A DNA stretch of 64,000 nt, taken from contig NC_042999.1 of the NCBI RefSeq assembly GCF_006345805.1, positions 34,658,001 through 34,722,000 on the forward strand. Reading direction: 5' to 3'. The translations under genes and the position numbers were made by a program. Origin of the DNA: Octopus sinensis. Lineage: Eukaryota. Positions 1-13,561 of this stretch are shown piece after piece. Each line of letters begins with the position of its first letter. Positions within the stretch are counted from its first letter, which is position 1. The notes beneath the pieces were generated by a model, which did not search any database, was not told where the DNA came from, and saw nothing but the letters and a program-made list of their open reading frames with translations.

Positions 1-1117
1 CTCCACTTTTATCTACCATAAAACATGACATCAAAACAAACTGATAACTGTTGTATAAGTTATATAAGTTTATGAATAAAAACCCACCCAAAAGATTATA
101 CTGTTAACCTAATAATGAATGAATTACAGAAGATTTAACATAAGAATTATTTTGTAGGGTCTTACGAGGGTCATTGCCGTTATGACCTTCAGCTGAATAA
201 TGAACCGTTTCTTATACGATCAAATTGATTATAATATACTTTTATTAAAAGGATCTTTTTCATTCGCTTCCATTCTTATAATGTAAACTAGCTTAAGGTG
301 ACCCGCTCTACGCGTGGGTGAGAGTGTGGTTGTTACTTTCTGTTTCTTGCTTTCTGATTTTTATCACCACATTCTCCCTCTTTGTTTCTCTCTCCTTTCT
401 CTCTCACTTTCCCACTCTCTTACTCTTCCTTTATCTCGGACTCTCCTTCGCTTTCTCTTAACTCTATCTTTCTCTATCTATCTGTCTCCCATTTATAAGC
501 AACAAAAGATCTTGAGTAAGTTGAGAAATAAAATATTTTGCAAGATCAATCATAAATATCAGGCAGTGACAACGGAAATGGCTGATTCAAGGCAGACAGC
601 AAAACACTAACATTTAAAAGGGACTGACGAACTTACGAGCTCAACAAAAATAAAAAAATATTGGAAACCAAAGTTTGAAGGGATAGAATCTGAGGATAGT
701 AGAGTTACCATGGCTGGCATTTCTTAACAACGGACAGCAACGTAGTGGTAGTTTAATGGCTGGCGTAAAATTTTGAACTTGATGTAAAAGAAAATTCCTA
801 AACACCAAATTTTGAAGTGATTCTTTCTCACGACAGTAGACTCACCATGGCAAGCATTCAAAACTTCATCGTGGACGACAACACATTGATAATTTAAAGG
901 CTGGCGCAAATTTTTTAGCTTGATGTAGTAGAGAATTCCTAAACGCCCGGTCCTGTAAATTTTAATCCCCTTCCAGCCACATTTAGACCCTTTTTCACAT
1001 GTTAGTTAATATAACCCGATTTCACTCGGGTCTACTCGGGCGACATTTTATAAGATGAGGAACCTCAACCGACCACATAATGCACACATTATATGTATAT
1101 ATATATATATAATGCAC

Positions 1118-1164
<47 letters not shown>

Positions 1165-2481
1165 ATACAGATATATACACTTTGTATATATACATTATAT
1201 ATACATATTTATATATATAAAACTCACACACAAACACAAATATATAAATTAACCCAATAAATATCCTGATTCATATTTGTTCTCATGATTGTGTGGTGGT
1301 GGTGGTGGTGGTGGCGATGATAATTCTCTCTATGAATGCAGACAGACATACAGAGAGTCAGAGAGAGGGAGGTGGTGGAGGAAAGAGGGACAGCGCTGGC
1401 GAAGGCGGCGGGGGAAAATAGTAGTATCTGTCAAACGTCGTTATAGAGAGAAGGTGATGGGAAGGGAGGAAACAGAGAGAGAGAGACGGAGGAAGACATG
1501 CAGATAAGAGAATGAGAGGAGACTTGTCAATGTATGCGTTTTTTGCCCTAGTAACGACATCTTTTAAGATAGGGATTTCTAATCTAGCTCACTCACATCC
1601 TCACGTCATATTACATGTCCCTGTAAATTTTGGAGTCAATCCGTTCCAATGCCAAAACCAGACAAACAAACTTTTCGCATTTCAGATTTATAGACATTGA
1701 TGATAACGGTCTGACTGCAACAGTGAGCTATTGCATGCTTAAAATCTATTTGGGGAAAAGTTTGGGAATTTTCTCACACAGGCTGGTCATCAATAAATAT
1801 AGTTTCTGATACACATATGTACGCGCAACAACCCACTAACTAATCGATTCTTTGTTCAATAAGCTGGTTAAAAATTCGTCAGCGTTAGTGTAAAGCGAGA
1901 GAACGGGAAAAGAAGGACAAAATGCTCAACGAATGGAAGTTAGAATCTAGAGGTGGTTGGTTTTCAAACTAAGTCCTTTCATCGCTATCGTTACCACTTC
2001 AATAACTTGACTCTTCTCTTCGAGATCTACTCCGAATTTTTCCGAAAATTAGTTTTATGGCTCTATGTATGTTTGCCTGTAAGTGTATGTATGTAAGGAT
2101 TTGTTTGCTTAAAAGTGAAGGTAAGAGCGAGAGTAAAAATGTTTGTGTGTGTGTTTGTGCGCGAGAGTATGTGTGTGTGTTGGTGTGTACGTGTACTCGC
2201 ATTACTCCTTGCGAGTGTGTTTATGTTTGTGAGTCTGTGTGAATTAGCCATTCGTAACTTCTTAAAGAAATCTGCCTTTTCTTCAAGCACAGTTCGGCCA
2301 CAAATATTCAGGCTCTCGCTTCTCATTCCGTAATGATTTATGGGTGAGGTTTCCTATATAGGAGGAAGGTGTGAAGAACAGAGTGTGAATAATTCCACGC
2401 GTTGTGTGTGCTTGTGCATGCGACCGTATCGACCCGTGTGCGTAATTGTGTGGTTTAGTCTGTTCTGTGAGTGAGTGTATA

Positions 2482-2707
2482 TATTTCTTTACTTCCCACA
2501 AGGGGCTAAACACAGAGGGGACAAACAAGAACAGACAAAGGGATTAAGTCGATTACATCGACCCCAGTGTGTAACTGGTACTTAATTTATCGACCCCGAA
2601 AGGATGAAAGGCAAAGTCGACCTCGGCGGAATTTGATCTCAGAACGTAACGGCAGACGAAATATCGCTAAGCATTTCGCCCACCGTGCTAACGTTTCTGC
2701 CAGCTCG
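2482..2707 (-). mobile_element. tRNA-derived SINE, family A (monomer)
   Basis: Minus strand starts CGAGCTGGCAGAAACGTTAGCA (A-box-like), has a degenerate B-box-like GATCAAATTCC (GTTCAAATTCC in other copies), body GAGGTCGACTTTGCCTTTCATCCTTTCGGGGTCGATAAATTAAGTACCAG, and tail TTGTCCCCTCTGTGTTTAGCCCCTTGTGGG..TAAAGAAATA. The same sequence recurs at ~41.3-41.9k, 44.6k, 45.6k, 62.0-62.4k and 63.2k. Confidence 0.9.
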
Positions 2708-3959
2708 TGAGTGAGTGTATATGTTTGTATGTGTATGAATGTAGGTTTTTGCTTTCGTAACTGCACACCAGTATGTGTGTGCACGTATCTGCATGTGCAT
2801 GCGGCGTGGTTATTTTTTTCGATCGGTAATGCCCAGACCATGCAAAAGCACATCAATAATGTGAGAGTGGTCGCACCACACGAAGATAAAAGTGGAAGGA
2901 AACGTCTCAGTGCACACATGGGAATGTAGTGCAGTATAGGAATGTGGTGCAATCTTAAAAGGAGATCTTGTTACTCCGCCCGCTCAATCCGAATTTAAGA
3001 ACAGGTTACGCATGGCTAACGCACACAGACTCACATACATAAACATACATTCAAGTCGTCATGGTGGTGTACATACACGTGCCGATGATCACGCACGACC
3101 GCGCACACACACAAACTGTTTTTTATCTCGTCGTTACCTTGTCCTCTAAGAAAACACACATCTGGACACACGTATACAGGCAAACGTGCACAATGTATAA
3201 AACTGATTCTCGGACAGAGTAGATCTTCAAGATAGAGGTCAAGTTATCTAAGAGGTCGCGAATAACGATGAAAGACTTTCACTGACAAACAACCGATTTG
3301 ATTTTTTAACCAGCACATCAATCAAACAATCGATTTGATAGTTGGTTGAATATTTAACCACTTGACTAACAATAAAAATGTAATCTTGGACCAGGGCGTC
3401 TGTTATAATAATTAGTATAATAACCCCACCTAGGACACTAGAAATTTGAGAATCCTCCGCCTAGTAGGATTGAGAGAAGAAATTATTGAGATCAACCCCT
3501 TCGAAAACTACAAAATGCAACTTCTGAAATTGCACAATACATTTTTGGCTTTTATTGAGATGGGAACAATTTTGTGCTTTATCGGCAACTTTGCTTAAAT
3601 ACCATTATAGTGTGTCTAACAATATCCTTTCATTTAAGAAACCATCTCTTCCTCTTTGTGCAATGTATTGATTTCATCTTCCTTCAGCCTTTTTATTAAC
3701 GCCATCAGTTTATTGTTGACATTTCGGACAACCGTCAATCGCAGACGCTCCAGATTCTAACTTTCATTCGTTAAGTATTTTATCTTTCTTTTCCCGTTCT
3801 CTCACTTTACACTAACCCTGACGAATACTCACTATTCCCCAGAGTGTGCAAGAATACAGACACACACTAATATCTGCATTTTTTTTTATCTTGCCATCCT
3901 TCCCGTACAAAATAGAATGTACGTATATATTCAATAGTTATAGATATAAATAGACAAGA

Positions 3960-4780
3960 ATAAAAGACTGGTGGAAGTAAATAAGATCAACAACAGAAAT
4001 GCCTAAAAAAGTTTCTAAATCATGCTATGGTCAAAGCGGAAGTAATCCCGATGTATACCTTACTGAGAAACAATCATTCTAAGGCTGAAAACTAAAATAC
4101 AAATATAAATATTTCATTTGAAGTCACCCATAATCCTAGGAACCGTAACATACTACATTCAGCCAAATGATACCTCCCAATCCAACATCAACCATCAAAT
4201 ATGAGACAAATAATTAAAATGTCACAAACCATCAACAGTAGAAGACAACATCAATTCTTAAAGACTTCTAAAAAAAGAAGGTGAGATTCACACCGGAGAA
4301 AGAAATAATACAAGTAACAAACTTCGAGGACACTTGCTGTGGAGTATGTGAAATACTTGAGCAAGAAACGACCAAAATTTAAAGGAATTGAAGGTGAAAG
4401 GAAATATGGATTACAAAATAAAAATACCTTATCTGTTGCATAAAATTAACAATGAAATAAGAATTACATTGGAGAAACAGGGACAAGATTAAACAGTCGT
4501 TTAAACGTGCGTAAACGACAAATAAACGATTCACCTTTAGACACTTGCGCAAGTGGTAAATTTCAAATATTCACGTTTTACATTATGAAAACGATCAACT
4601 ACCAAAGGCAAATGAACTAAACTTTATAAGAATTCTAAATGCGAACGAAACCGGAAAGAGTGAATAATTTAAAATATTCCCCTTTTACAAATTTTAATAT
4701 GAAAACGATAATCTACGAAATACAAAAGAAGAATTATTTATAAAAGTTCTAAATCCGAAACTAAACCGGAAATAGTTAAC
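3960..4780 (+). mobile_element. Penelope-like element relic, linker plus GIY-YIG endonuclease (frameshifted)
   Basis: Hand translation gives FEVTHNPRN, a CCGVCEIL cysteine cluster, and NYIGETGTRLNSRLNV.KRQI, i.e. the YIG motif and conserved Arg of PLE GIY-YIG domains. Many stops and frameshifts. Confidence 0.75.
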
Positions 4781-5091
4781 ACCATCACAAAATGCAGTTT
4801 CCTCTATGCATCAGCCCGGAAACATGCGTTTGAAAAGTCGAAAAATGTAAAGCGCTTACCAGAAAATACACACTTGACATAAAATAAACATTGTGTACGA
4901 ATTTCTTCTGCAAAGGTTAGGAACATTCTGTTAAATAAAAGAAATGTTCTAAAATAGTGAATAACATCTTTGAAAGATCTATTTGTGATTATTGTAAGTA
5001 TATGAAGTAATCATTTATAAACGTTCATATGTACGTATATAAATATACATATGCGTGTATGAGTGTGTGAGTGTGTATGCATGTATGTATG

Positions 5092-5122
<31 letters not shown>

Positions 5123-5407
5123 TGTGTGTGAGTGTTTTGTATGTGTGCGTGTATGGAATTACTAATTTTACTGCTGACAACGAATATTGAATTATATAAG
5201 TGGAGTGCAAATTAATATCTGACAAAGAAAATACAAATATGATCGAATAATTTATTGAAGACATTCATATTGTTATTATTTGAAAGCAAAATGAAAGTTT
5301 AATTAAATTTGTATTTCTTACGTTTTGCAATATTGGCTCTTGCAAATTTTGAATGTCAGCATGATTGAATGGTAAAATACATACGTCAGTGCAAATATTA
5401 TATTTAA

Positions 5408-5473
<66 letters not shown>

Positions 5474-5561
5474 GTACAGGATTCCCAGTCACATGGCTGC
5501 ATATTCAGTTGCACTGTGTGGATCTTGAGCAAGTGTATTCTCCTATAGCCTCGGACGGCTA

Positions 5562-5594
<33 letters not shown>

Positions 5595-6301
5595 ATAGAC
5601 AGACAGAGAGAGTGAGAGAGAGAGAGAGAGAAAGAGAGAGAGATACATACATACATAGATTCAGTTGAATATGGTACTTATGTTATGGTACTGTATTACC
5701 TCTGGATATCCTTGTTGCTTATTTTGATATACATATATATCCTTTAAGGCGGCGCTCCAGCGTGGCTGCAATCAAATGCCTGAAACAATTAAAAGAAGAA
5801 AAGAATAAAAACAATTTAAATGTAAATTATATATACATCAGAAATGGAAGAAAAAATTTCTTATACAAAAATATATCATTCAGAGCTGATCGCAATGTGT
5901 TGCTTTAATTGAATTTCTCATATTTCATTCCTTGTGGAATCATGTACTTTCTGAAGACGTATGTCTTGGTTAATGAGTTTACAAATGCACACACCTTCAC
6001 TCTATAAGATGTCCATGGAGCAATACTTATATCATTATTTTTCAAAATCTGTTACATTTTAGAATATTAAACGCCATTGTTTGATAAGAGCATATGATAT
6101 GTTTTCATGTTCAAGAGTTGCACCATATCATTTTAAAATTGTATTCATAGACATGGCTGTGTTGTTAAGATGCTTGCTTCGCAATCACATGGTTTGGCCT
6201 CAAACCTACTGCACGGCGTTTTGGGTATGTGTCTTCTGCTGTAGTTTCAGGCCAACCAATGCCCTCTGAGTGAATTTTCTACACAGAAACTTTGAGAAAG
6301 C

Positions 6302-6372
<71 letters not shown>

Positions 6373-7020
6373 TTATATATATATATGTAATATATATTGT
6401 ATATATATTTGTGTGCGTATGTGCTTGTGTTTCTATGTACATATATTTATATATATATGTGTGTGTGTGTGTGTGTATGTGTGATGGCGGGTGTTTGAAT
6501 TGAGAAATATGTTACGAGAAGATTTATTAGACAACTTATGATTGTACTATAAATTAAAGCATTTCCTCTCTCTGTCTTTCTCTCTTTCTCACTCTCTCTC
6601 ACTTTTGTCCTCTCTCTCTCTCTCTCTCCCTCTCTCTCGAGATGACATATTATAATCGCATAATAAAACTGATAAAAATAGAAAGAGCGTTTGATAACGG
6701 ATCTGCTAGAGAAAGATAGAGAAACTAATACCTAACTTGAATATAAGAACAATAAGAAGTTAAATGGGTCGCATCTCGTGAGCGTTAAATAAATAAGTTG
6801 GTAGAGGAAACAGAGAAGAAAAGATTACAAGATGGAGACAGATTACCTTACAGATGTCAAAATGTAAATAAAGAAAGAAGAAACAGATGCTAGTCGAAAT
6901 ACTATGAAATGTAGAGTGTAAGAAAATGTAAATTGAGAGGATGAAAATCAACGCAAGAAAATACAGCGCAGTGCTGAAAGACTGTGACAGAACATCAAGA
7001 GCTCCTGGAAATGGATGGAA

Positions 7021-7399
7021 GCACTCCGACGATTACGACGACGAGAGTTCCGGTTGATCCGATCAACGGAACAGCCTGCTTGTGAAATTAACGTGTAAGT
7101 GGCTGAGCACTCCACAGACACGTGTACCCTTAACGTAGTTCTCGGGGATATTCAGCGTGACACAGAGAGTGACAAGGCCGGCTCTTTGAAATACAGGTAC
7201 AAAAGAAACAGGAAGTAAGAGTGAGAGAAAGTTGTGGTGAAAGAGTACAGCAGGGATCACCACCATCCCCTGCCGGAGCTTCGTTGAGCCTTAGGTGTTT
7301 TCGCTCAATAAACACTCACAACGCCCGGTCTGGGAATCGAAACCGCGATCCTACGACCGCGAGTCCGCTGCCCTAACCACTTGGCCATTGCGCCTCCAC
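7021..7399 (-). mobile_element. tRNA-derived SINE, family B
   Basis: Minus strand head GTGGAGGCGCAATGGCCAAGTGGTTAGGGCAGCG...GGTTTCGATTCC. Its 3' half (GAGCACTCCACAGACACGTGTACCCTTAACGTAGTTCTC on +) is shared with the copies at 15.4k and 40.6k. Confidence 0.85.
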
Positions 7400-7834
7400 G
7401 CTTCTGGAAATATCTTCTGATTCATAATATGGTGAGAAAAACGTAGAACAATATTAATGTCGAGGTATGGATACCATGTCAGTTCTGACCGACCGAATCT
7501 GTTACACCTGAATGACAAACTGACTTATGATACAATGACTATTTAAACAAGGTATATTACGTTGGAAAGAAATTCTAGAGTAATTAGAACACTTCATGCC
7601 AGGTTCCAATAGTCTCTGTTAAGTCAATTTCGAAGAAAATATCAGGTTGTATGATTCTTAATAGACCTTTTCAATTCACACTTATGAGAACCTTCGGAGG
7701 GAGGTGAATATTGTTTTAGAATTCCTGTATAAATTTAGTACTGAATATCAAGTATAAATGAAGACGGTGGTTATCAAAGAGAGTATACATATATGTATAT
7801 ATGCATATACAATATATGTATATATACATATACA

Positions 7835-8040
7835 AGACGCCATGATAGATCGTTAGCTACTGCACGCATTTTTTTCTCTCCTTGTTTCTCTCCTTGTTTT
7901 TTTTTTTTCTGTGTCCCTTTCTGTAGAAGAACGTAGGCTCGAAACGTAAAAGACTTTTTCTATTCCTGAGCGCTATACTAATACATTTGTTTGTTTGTAC
8001 TCCACCTGCCTTCGACTTTTCTTTATTTTCATAAACTTTC
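7835..8040 (+). repeat. Interspersed repeat, PLE pseudo-LTR-like, with hammerhead-like motif
   Basis: Near-identical copy at ~43152-43345 (GCCATGATAGATCGTTAGCT...GTAGGCT[C/T]GAAACGTAAAAGACTTT...CTGAGCG.TATACTAATACATTTGTTTG). Confidence 0.7.
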
Positions 8041-8489
8041 GCTTTATATATACATATGTATATATTGATTCTGCGCGGACAATCATAATGCACATACTGC
8101 AAATATTTCAAATGAAAGATGACGTATATATGAACTAATGGCAACACTGGAAATCCAAATGTGTAGCTTTCTATATTTCTTGTGTCTATTAGAAATATGA
8201 TAAAATTGAGCAAGCGACTGACTGGTTAGAATTTGAGATCATTCAGAATAAGAGAAAAGGAAACCTCGTTGATCTGATAAAGAACATTTGTTTCTACTCA
8301 TCTGGATTGCAGCTCTCAATTATGTTGGCTATAGTGCCACTACACTAGTAAACGTTTGTTAGTAAACGTTTCCTTACTGTTTCCATACACTTTACCCTCG
8401 AATCGCCTGGTATTGAACATCTATTATATTTATATATAATTTGTATTTTATCTAGTTTCAGCTCACGAACTGTGACCATGCTGGGGCAC

Positions 8490-8801
8490 CGCCATTATCT
8501 TTACTTCTTTTTAATCTTTATGGATGAGCACGATATCTGGTCATCTCACCTCTATGACTTGGTCGCAATGCGTGTTAAAATCCCAGAGTATTTTGTAATG
8601 TTTGGTTTCCATTACTCTCTCTGGCTTGTGTTCACATCACTATTCGGCTCTCTCGAAATTTGCCTTACTGCTCAACGGCCAGTGGACATATCTGGCCACA
8701 TTGTCGTGTCTCCTTTTGTATTCGCGTCGTGCGAGCTTACAGCACTCACTAACAATATAGCTTATACTTTCTTCATTCTAAGAGCATACCCTACACTGAG
8801 G
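8490..8801 (-). mobile_element. R4/Dong-like non-LTR retrotransposon C-terminal relic (CCHC finger plus restriction-like endonuclease)
   Basis: Minus-strand translation PQCRVCS*NEESISYIVSECCKLARREYKRRHDNVARYVHW...KILWDFNTHCDQVIEVR*PDIVL matches the CCHC, RHD and PD..D layout of R4-clade RLE domains. Contains stops. Confidence 0.85.
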
Positions 8802-8879
8802 TAAGTCAGTACTTTTATCAATGTGATATTTGGAGTACTTTTATCAATGTGATATTTATGTACCTAATGCCACTGCTCT

Positions 8880-9900
8880 ACGCTCTTACTATATCCTTCC
8901 CTGATCTATCTTTTGAGTTCTTCCTTGACTGTTGAAGTGCCGTCTCCCGCTATTCTAAATTCCACTTCCCTAATAAATACCAGATGTACGACCTTTTGCT
9001 CTAAACTGCATTCTTGGCCTCTTTATCAGCTCGTCTAGCTTTGAGAGGGCATTCCACATGATCCCCTTATCTATCGCGCGAAATGTGACGTCATCCAAAA
9101 CGACTTCTTAAAGTGATTATATAAGGGTCATTTGCTATGAAAAGTGTGTTGCTTTCAAAACTATTCCCATGACTACAATAAACCATGTGACAGATATTGT
9201 GCAGCCAGCACAATGCCGATATTAAGGCGTAATCCGTACGGATCTTCAGAAAATGTCCATGAGTCGATTTGCTTTCTTTACTTCACTCATATCGGTGAGT
9301 ATTTCATTGTAGAGAGAGGCATTTTCTTTTCAAGACCTTGTAGAGCAGCGCGAGGTCAGGGTTTTCGTGGTACCCCGTACACTTCTGTTGCTTTCTTAAG
9401 AGGGTATTTTCCATCCTCAGCTATTTCATTTTCCTGGTCCTCCTGCTTGTTCCATTCTGTCCTTTCATCACTTGGGTCACATATTTTTTCTGCAAAGAGT
9501 TCAATTCCCATATTGCATATTGAGCTTCTCAGCTTTCACAATTTCTCTACTCTGGATCCTTTTATTTTATATAATGCTTTGCATAATTTGCTTTCGAAGT
9601 CTTTATACTTCACTTTTTCACTAGCAGCAGGCCTCATAACCTTCGGTTTCTTGTGAGCATTATCATTATCTATAGTTTATCACCGGAAGAGGTCTTTTCT
9701 GTAGCATTTGTTGTTCCACTGCAGTTTACATCCGGGGATCATTTGCCACATTTTACGATCAGATGACCCACAATGCTCTACTCTCTTACTACATCTTTCC
9801 CAGATGTGTCTTAAAGCCTCGCTTGGTAGCAAAGATCATACGGCACAGTTTGCATCCATAGTTGTTTGCAGTTTCTTTCAGTTTCAAAAGAGTAACCATA
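8880..9900 (-). mobile_element. HERO-like RLE non-LTR retrotransposon relic (N-terminal zinc finger plus RT fragment, internally deleted)
   Basis: YGCKLCRMIFATKRGFKTHLGK zinc finger (~9790-9870); KPKVMRPAASEKVKYKDFE...NMGIELF (~9490-9650); VLDDVTF...WNALSKLDELIKRPRMQFRAKGRTS (~8990-9110), resembling RT domains 5-6 of HERO/NeSL-type elements. Confidence 0.6.
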
Positions 9901-11021
9901 TTCGGTTCCTAGCTCGTTTCGTTATTGGTCCCCAGTCTGGTTGATTCTCGATTCCCGCTATATATTCACCACTTCAGAGTAGATGTTGCGTTAAATGACA
10001 CGAATACTACCATATTTAGCAACACAGAAAACACTCTCATATGGTTTTCGGTGCATAAAAACACACCATAGCTATTGCCAACGGTAGACAATCACCGCTA
10101 CTTCTGCTTCCAGGACTACCAGCTCACGCGATTCCGTCCTCTTTTGGCCATGCGAATGGTAGATATCTGACCGCTACAAATAGCAATAACTACTGTGCTA
10201 GCGATATGCAAAGAATAATACACTTCAATCGGGCACAGGTTTCACTAAAAATCAGTGGGCTTAGAAATAGAGCAACAAAAGATGATAAACTATAGATAAT
10301 GATAATGCTCACAAAAAGATTCTTCTTTCTGTTTCACGCCGAAATTTGTCATAATCTACAGCGGTGTTTTGTTCTAATTTTCCTGAAGACTTTTACGTTT
10401 ATTTTTTTATTATAAACATTTCTTTTATGCCATTTGGTCTGCTTCATTTCGTTCTCTCTTAGTTGTGAATTACAACCCTATATTCGTTTCCGCTCGTGGT
10501 GTTTAATTTTTTCCCAGTGGTTCAAATACCAAAAGACAAAATATGCCCTTCGCCATGCTTCTTGACAACGCCATCTTTAGATTTCTTTTGTTTTTTTTAT
10601 ATTTTATTATCTCTATTGCTTAAACAGATATGGTTTTGATATTAGTTTTATTATCATTAGTATCATTAAGATTGCTTTAATTTGTAATTGCTATTGTTGT
10701 TTGCACTATTATTCTGGTATTCCTTCTCAGTTTGCCTTTGTGTCGCCCAGAATCTAGTGAACTGATTGGTGGAGAGTAATTCATATGGTATATCTGAGGA
10801 ACCGCAAAGACACTCGACAGCACCGAATCACATTCCACCTGACGAAGCCCCAAAACACAGCTGCTCATGAAATATATTTAGTTATATAATTATAAAGAAT
10901 AATCTTGTATTATGATATATAAATGTAATCTCAGCAACTTAAAGTTTGTGACCGGTGCAGAAACAAATCTGATTTGCTAGTAAAACCAGCTGTTTTCCGG
11001 CTTCAAGTTATATCATTCTTT

Positions 11022-11060
<39 letters not shown>

Positions 11061-11106
11061 CCTAAAAGTTGATAAACCACCTATTGATTCATTCCGTTTT
11101 CCTATT

Positions 11107-11143
<37 letters not shown>

Positions 11144-11766
11144 GTATACATATATATATATATATATATAATGTCGACTCTGGGCAATGCTTCATTTCCC
11201 TGCTGCACTCTGTATCATTTGGACGAAGGACATTAATCAATATCTTGCTGGATACTCTTCAGGAGCACCGCAAATCTTGCAAAGTATTGATTTTTTAAAT
11301 TGGCTAAAAGCATCAGATTTTTGTAAAAGTATGTGTAATCTGCTTCGGCCACTTATAAAATATGTCTGGGTTTGTAACAACTAAGGGAAAATAAATGAAG
11401 AATTTATAAGTATTTCTGTTTGACTATATATTTTTGGAGAGCGCCAAATACTAAAATGATATTTACACTCTATTAGCTGCTAAATGCACTGTAAGCAATT
11501 CGCAGCCAAATATGTTTGAAATATCATTTTGAACAGGAAAAAAAGCAAAATTAGACCTATATATTTCACTTCGAAACTTAGCGTATATGTGCTCATTATA
11601 TGTTAATTATATTAAGAGTAGATCACAAACTAATGGTAGAGGAGTATAAATGTGATGTTGCTAATTTATTGATATAGGAAGAGTTACCTGGGACGTAGCT
11701 AAAGTAATACTGATTCTTGCAGAAAAACTGGACTCGGATGACGAGTAGACAAAACAGAAAGGTCGC

Positions 11767-12140
<374 letters not shown>

Positions 12141-12144
<4 letters not shown>

Positions 12145-12447
12145 CTTTATTTATTAGCCACACAGGGCCGATCACAGAGGGGACAAAATACAATGTAGAG
12201 GGTTTTTTTTCGACAGAATAAAATAAGAAAATAGAAAAATAGGAGGAAATAATTCCGATCAGAAGGGATCGTGAAAAAAAAACAACGATCGAAAAAGAAC
12301 GATCAGTAAAACGATCAAAAGGGATCCTGTATCACAGAACAGAGCAAAAATGTAAAACCAGATTAGGTCTATCCGTGGAAAGAAAAGCCTGCGAAAAAGA
12401 CTACGATTACCTCAGGCAGGGAGGGAAAAAACACATGGGAGCAAAGT

Positions 12448-12484
<37 letters not shown>

Positions 12485-12875
12485 TACAGGATCATGCTCA
12501 AAGCGGTTTCGTCATTCGCGCGTACGATGTTTGCTACATTCACTCACCTTTTTATTAAATCTTTCATGAGACAAATCTTGAAAAACCTGATGAGCGATTG
12601 GCCAGAGAGGAAAGTGTTTGTCTCTAAACCTTTCGCTCGAGTCCACCACATACATTCTGTCACGATAGCCACCAGTACGATGAAAATTGCCTTGCCTTCC
12701 CGGTTAAATGAAGGTGGCGGAGCAATTTTCCCGATAGACTCGGCCGACAACCAAATTAGCACCACATGTGCCAGCAGGTGTTCAGCACAAGCCCACAGGA
12801 CCGAAATTGCTGGACACTGTATGAGTGCACGCAGAATGTATCTCGAACCGTGCCTCTAGAGTTTATCTCAACGGA
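12141..12875 (-). mobile_element. L1/Tx1-clade LINE 3' fragment (C-terminus plus 3' UTR), diverged relative of the 23.7-26.3k copy
   Basis: ORF 12544..12765 (SAESIGKIAPPPSFNREGKAIFIVLVAIVTECMWWTRAKGLETNTFLSGQSLIRFFK) aligns with the C-terminus of the 819-aa ORF; the 3' terminal ~45 nt are also similar. Confidence 0.9.
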
Positions 12876-13213
12876 ACATATGCAGAGTTATTCGAAAGGA
12901 CTGAGCCGATTTCATTATGCAATACTTTAATAAGGAGAAGCATTAGAAAACTCCCGGTAACTCACTTATATTTACTCACTATCAAATTTTATTTCCAGTC
13001 AAATGTTCAATGTGGCCAGATTGAAAAATGTTAACATAACAAAATTATTAAGTACTAGAATTGGTGATATCCCGAAAGACAGAATTGAAACGGTTGTTTC
13101 AATAGGATACGACTAAAAATTTGTAAGGTAATAGGTGAAACGCTAAAATTCATTTGCGTAATTCTTTTGTTTGGTTCTGTCATCACTCTCATGGTTACGG
13201 TGATGCAGAATCC

Positions 13214-13335
13214 CCGGATATAGTGGTTAGGGTAGCACGATCACAATCGTGAGATTGTGGTTTCGAGAGATTGTGGCGCGTTGTATTCTTGAGCAAAACA
13301 CTTCATCTCACGCTGCTATGCGATAACTTCAACGA
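13214..13335 (+). mobile_element. SINE family B-like head fragment
   Basis: GGATATAGTGGTTAGGGTAGCACGATCACAATCGTGAGATTGTGGTTTCG...GTATTCTTGAGCAAAACACTT resembles the head of the 40.6k copy. Confidence 0.6.
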
Positions 13336-13454
13336 CTGATGCGTGGTGCGACGTCAATTTCATGGAAGGAGTGAACTAAGTTGATCACTACAAGGAAATC
13401 ATTTTTGGAAGTCTCTCAGCAAGTGCTGAACCCTCGTACGTACATATTCGTCGG

Positions 13455-13497
13455 GATAGATAGATAGATAGAGAGAGAGAGAAGAGAGAGAGAGAGA

Positions 13498-13558
<61 letters not shown>
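13455..13558. repeat. (AGAT)n/(AG)n microsatellite
   Basis: Direct reading. Confidence 0.95.

Positions 13559-13561
<3 letters not shown>

Noticed and set aside
2640-2707. tRNA genes at SINE heads (also 7330-7399, 40860-40932, 62003-62090)
   Set aside because: A/B-box-like motifs only; no complete cloverleaf, and each continues into a SINE body.
8806-8857. 26-bp tandem duplication (also small ones at ~14252 and ~59892)
   Set aside because: Ordinary local slippage duplications.
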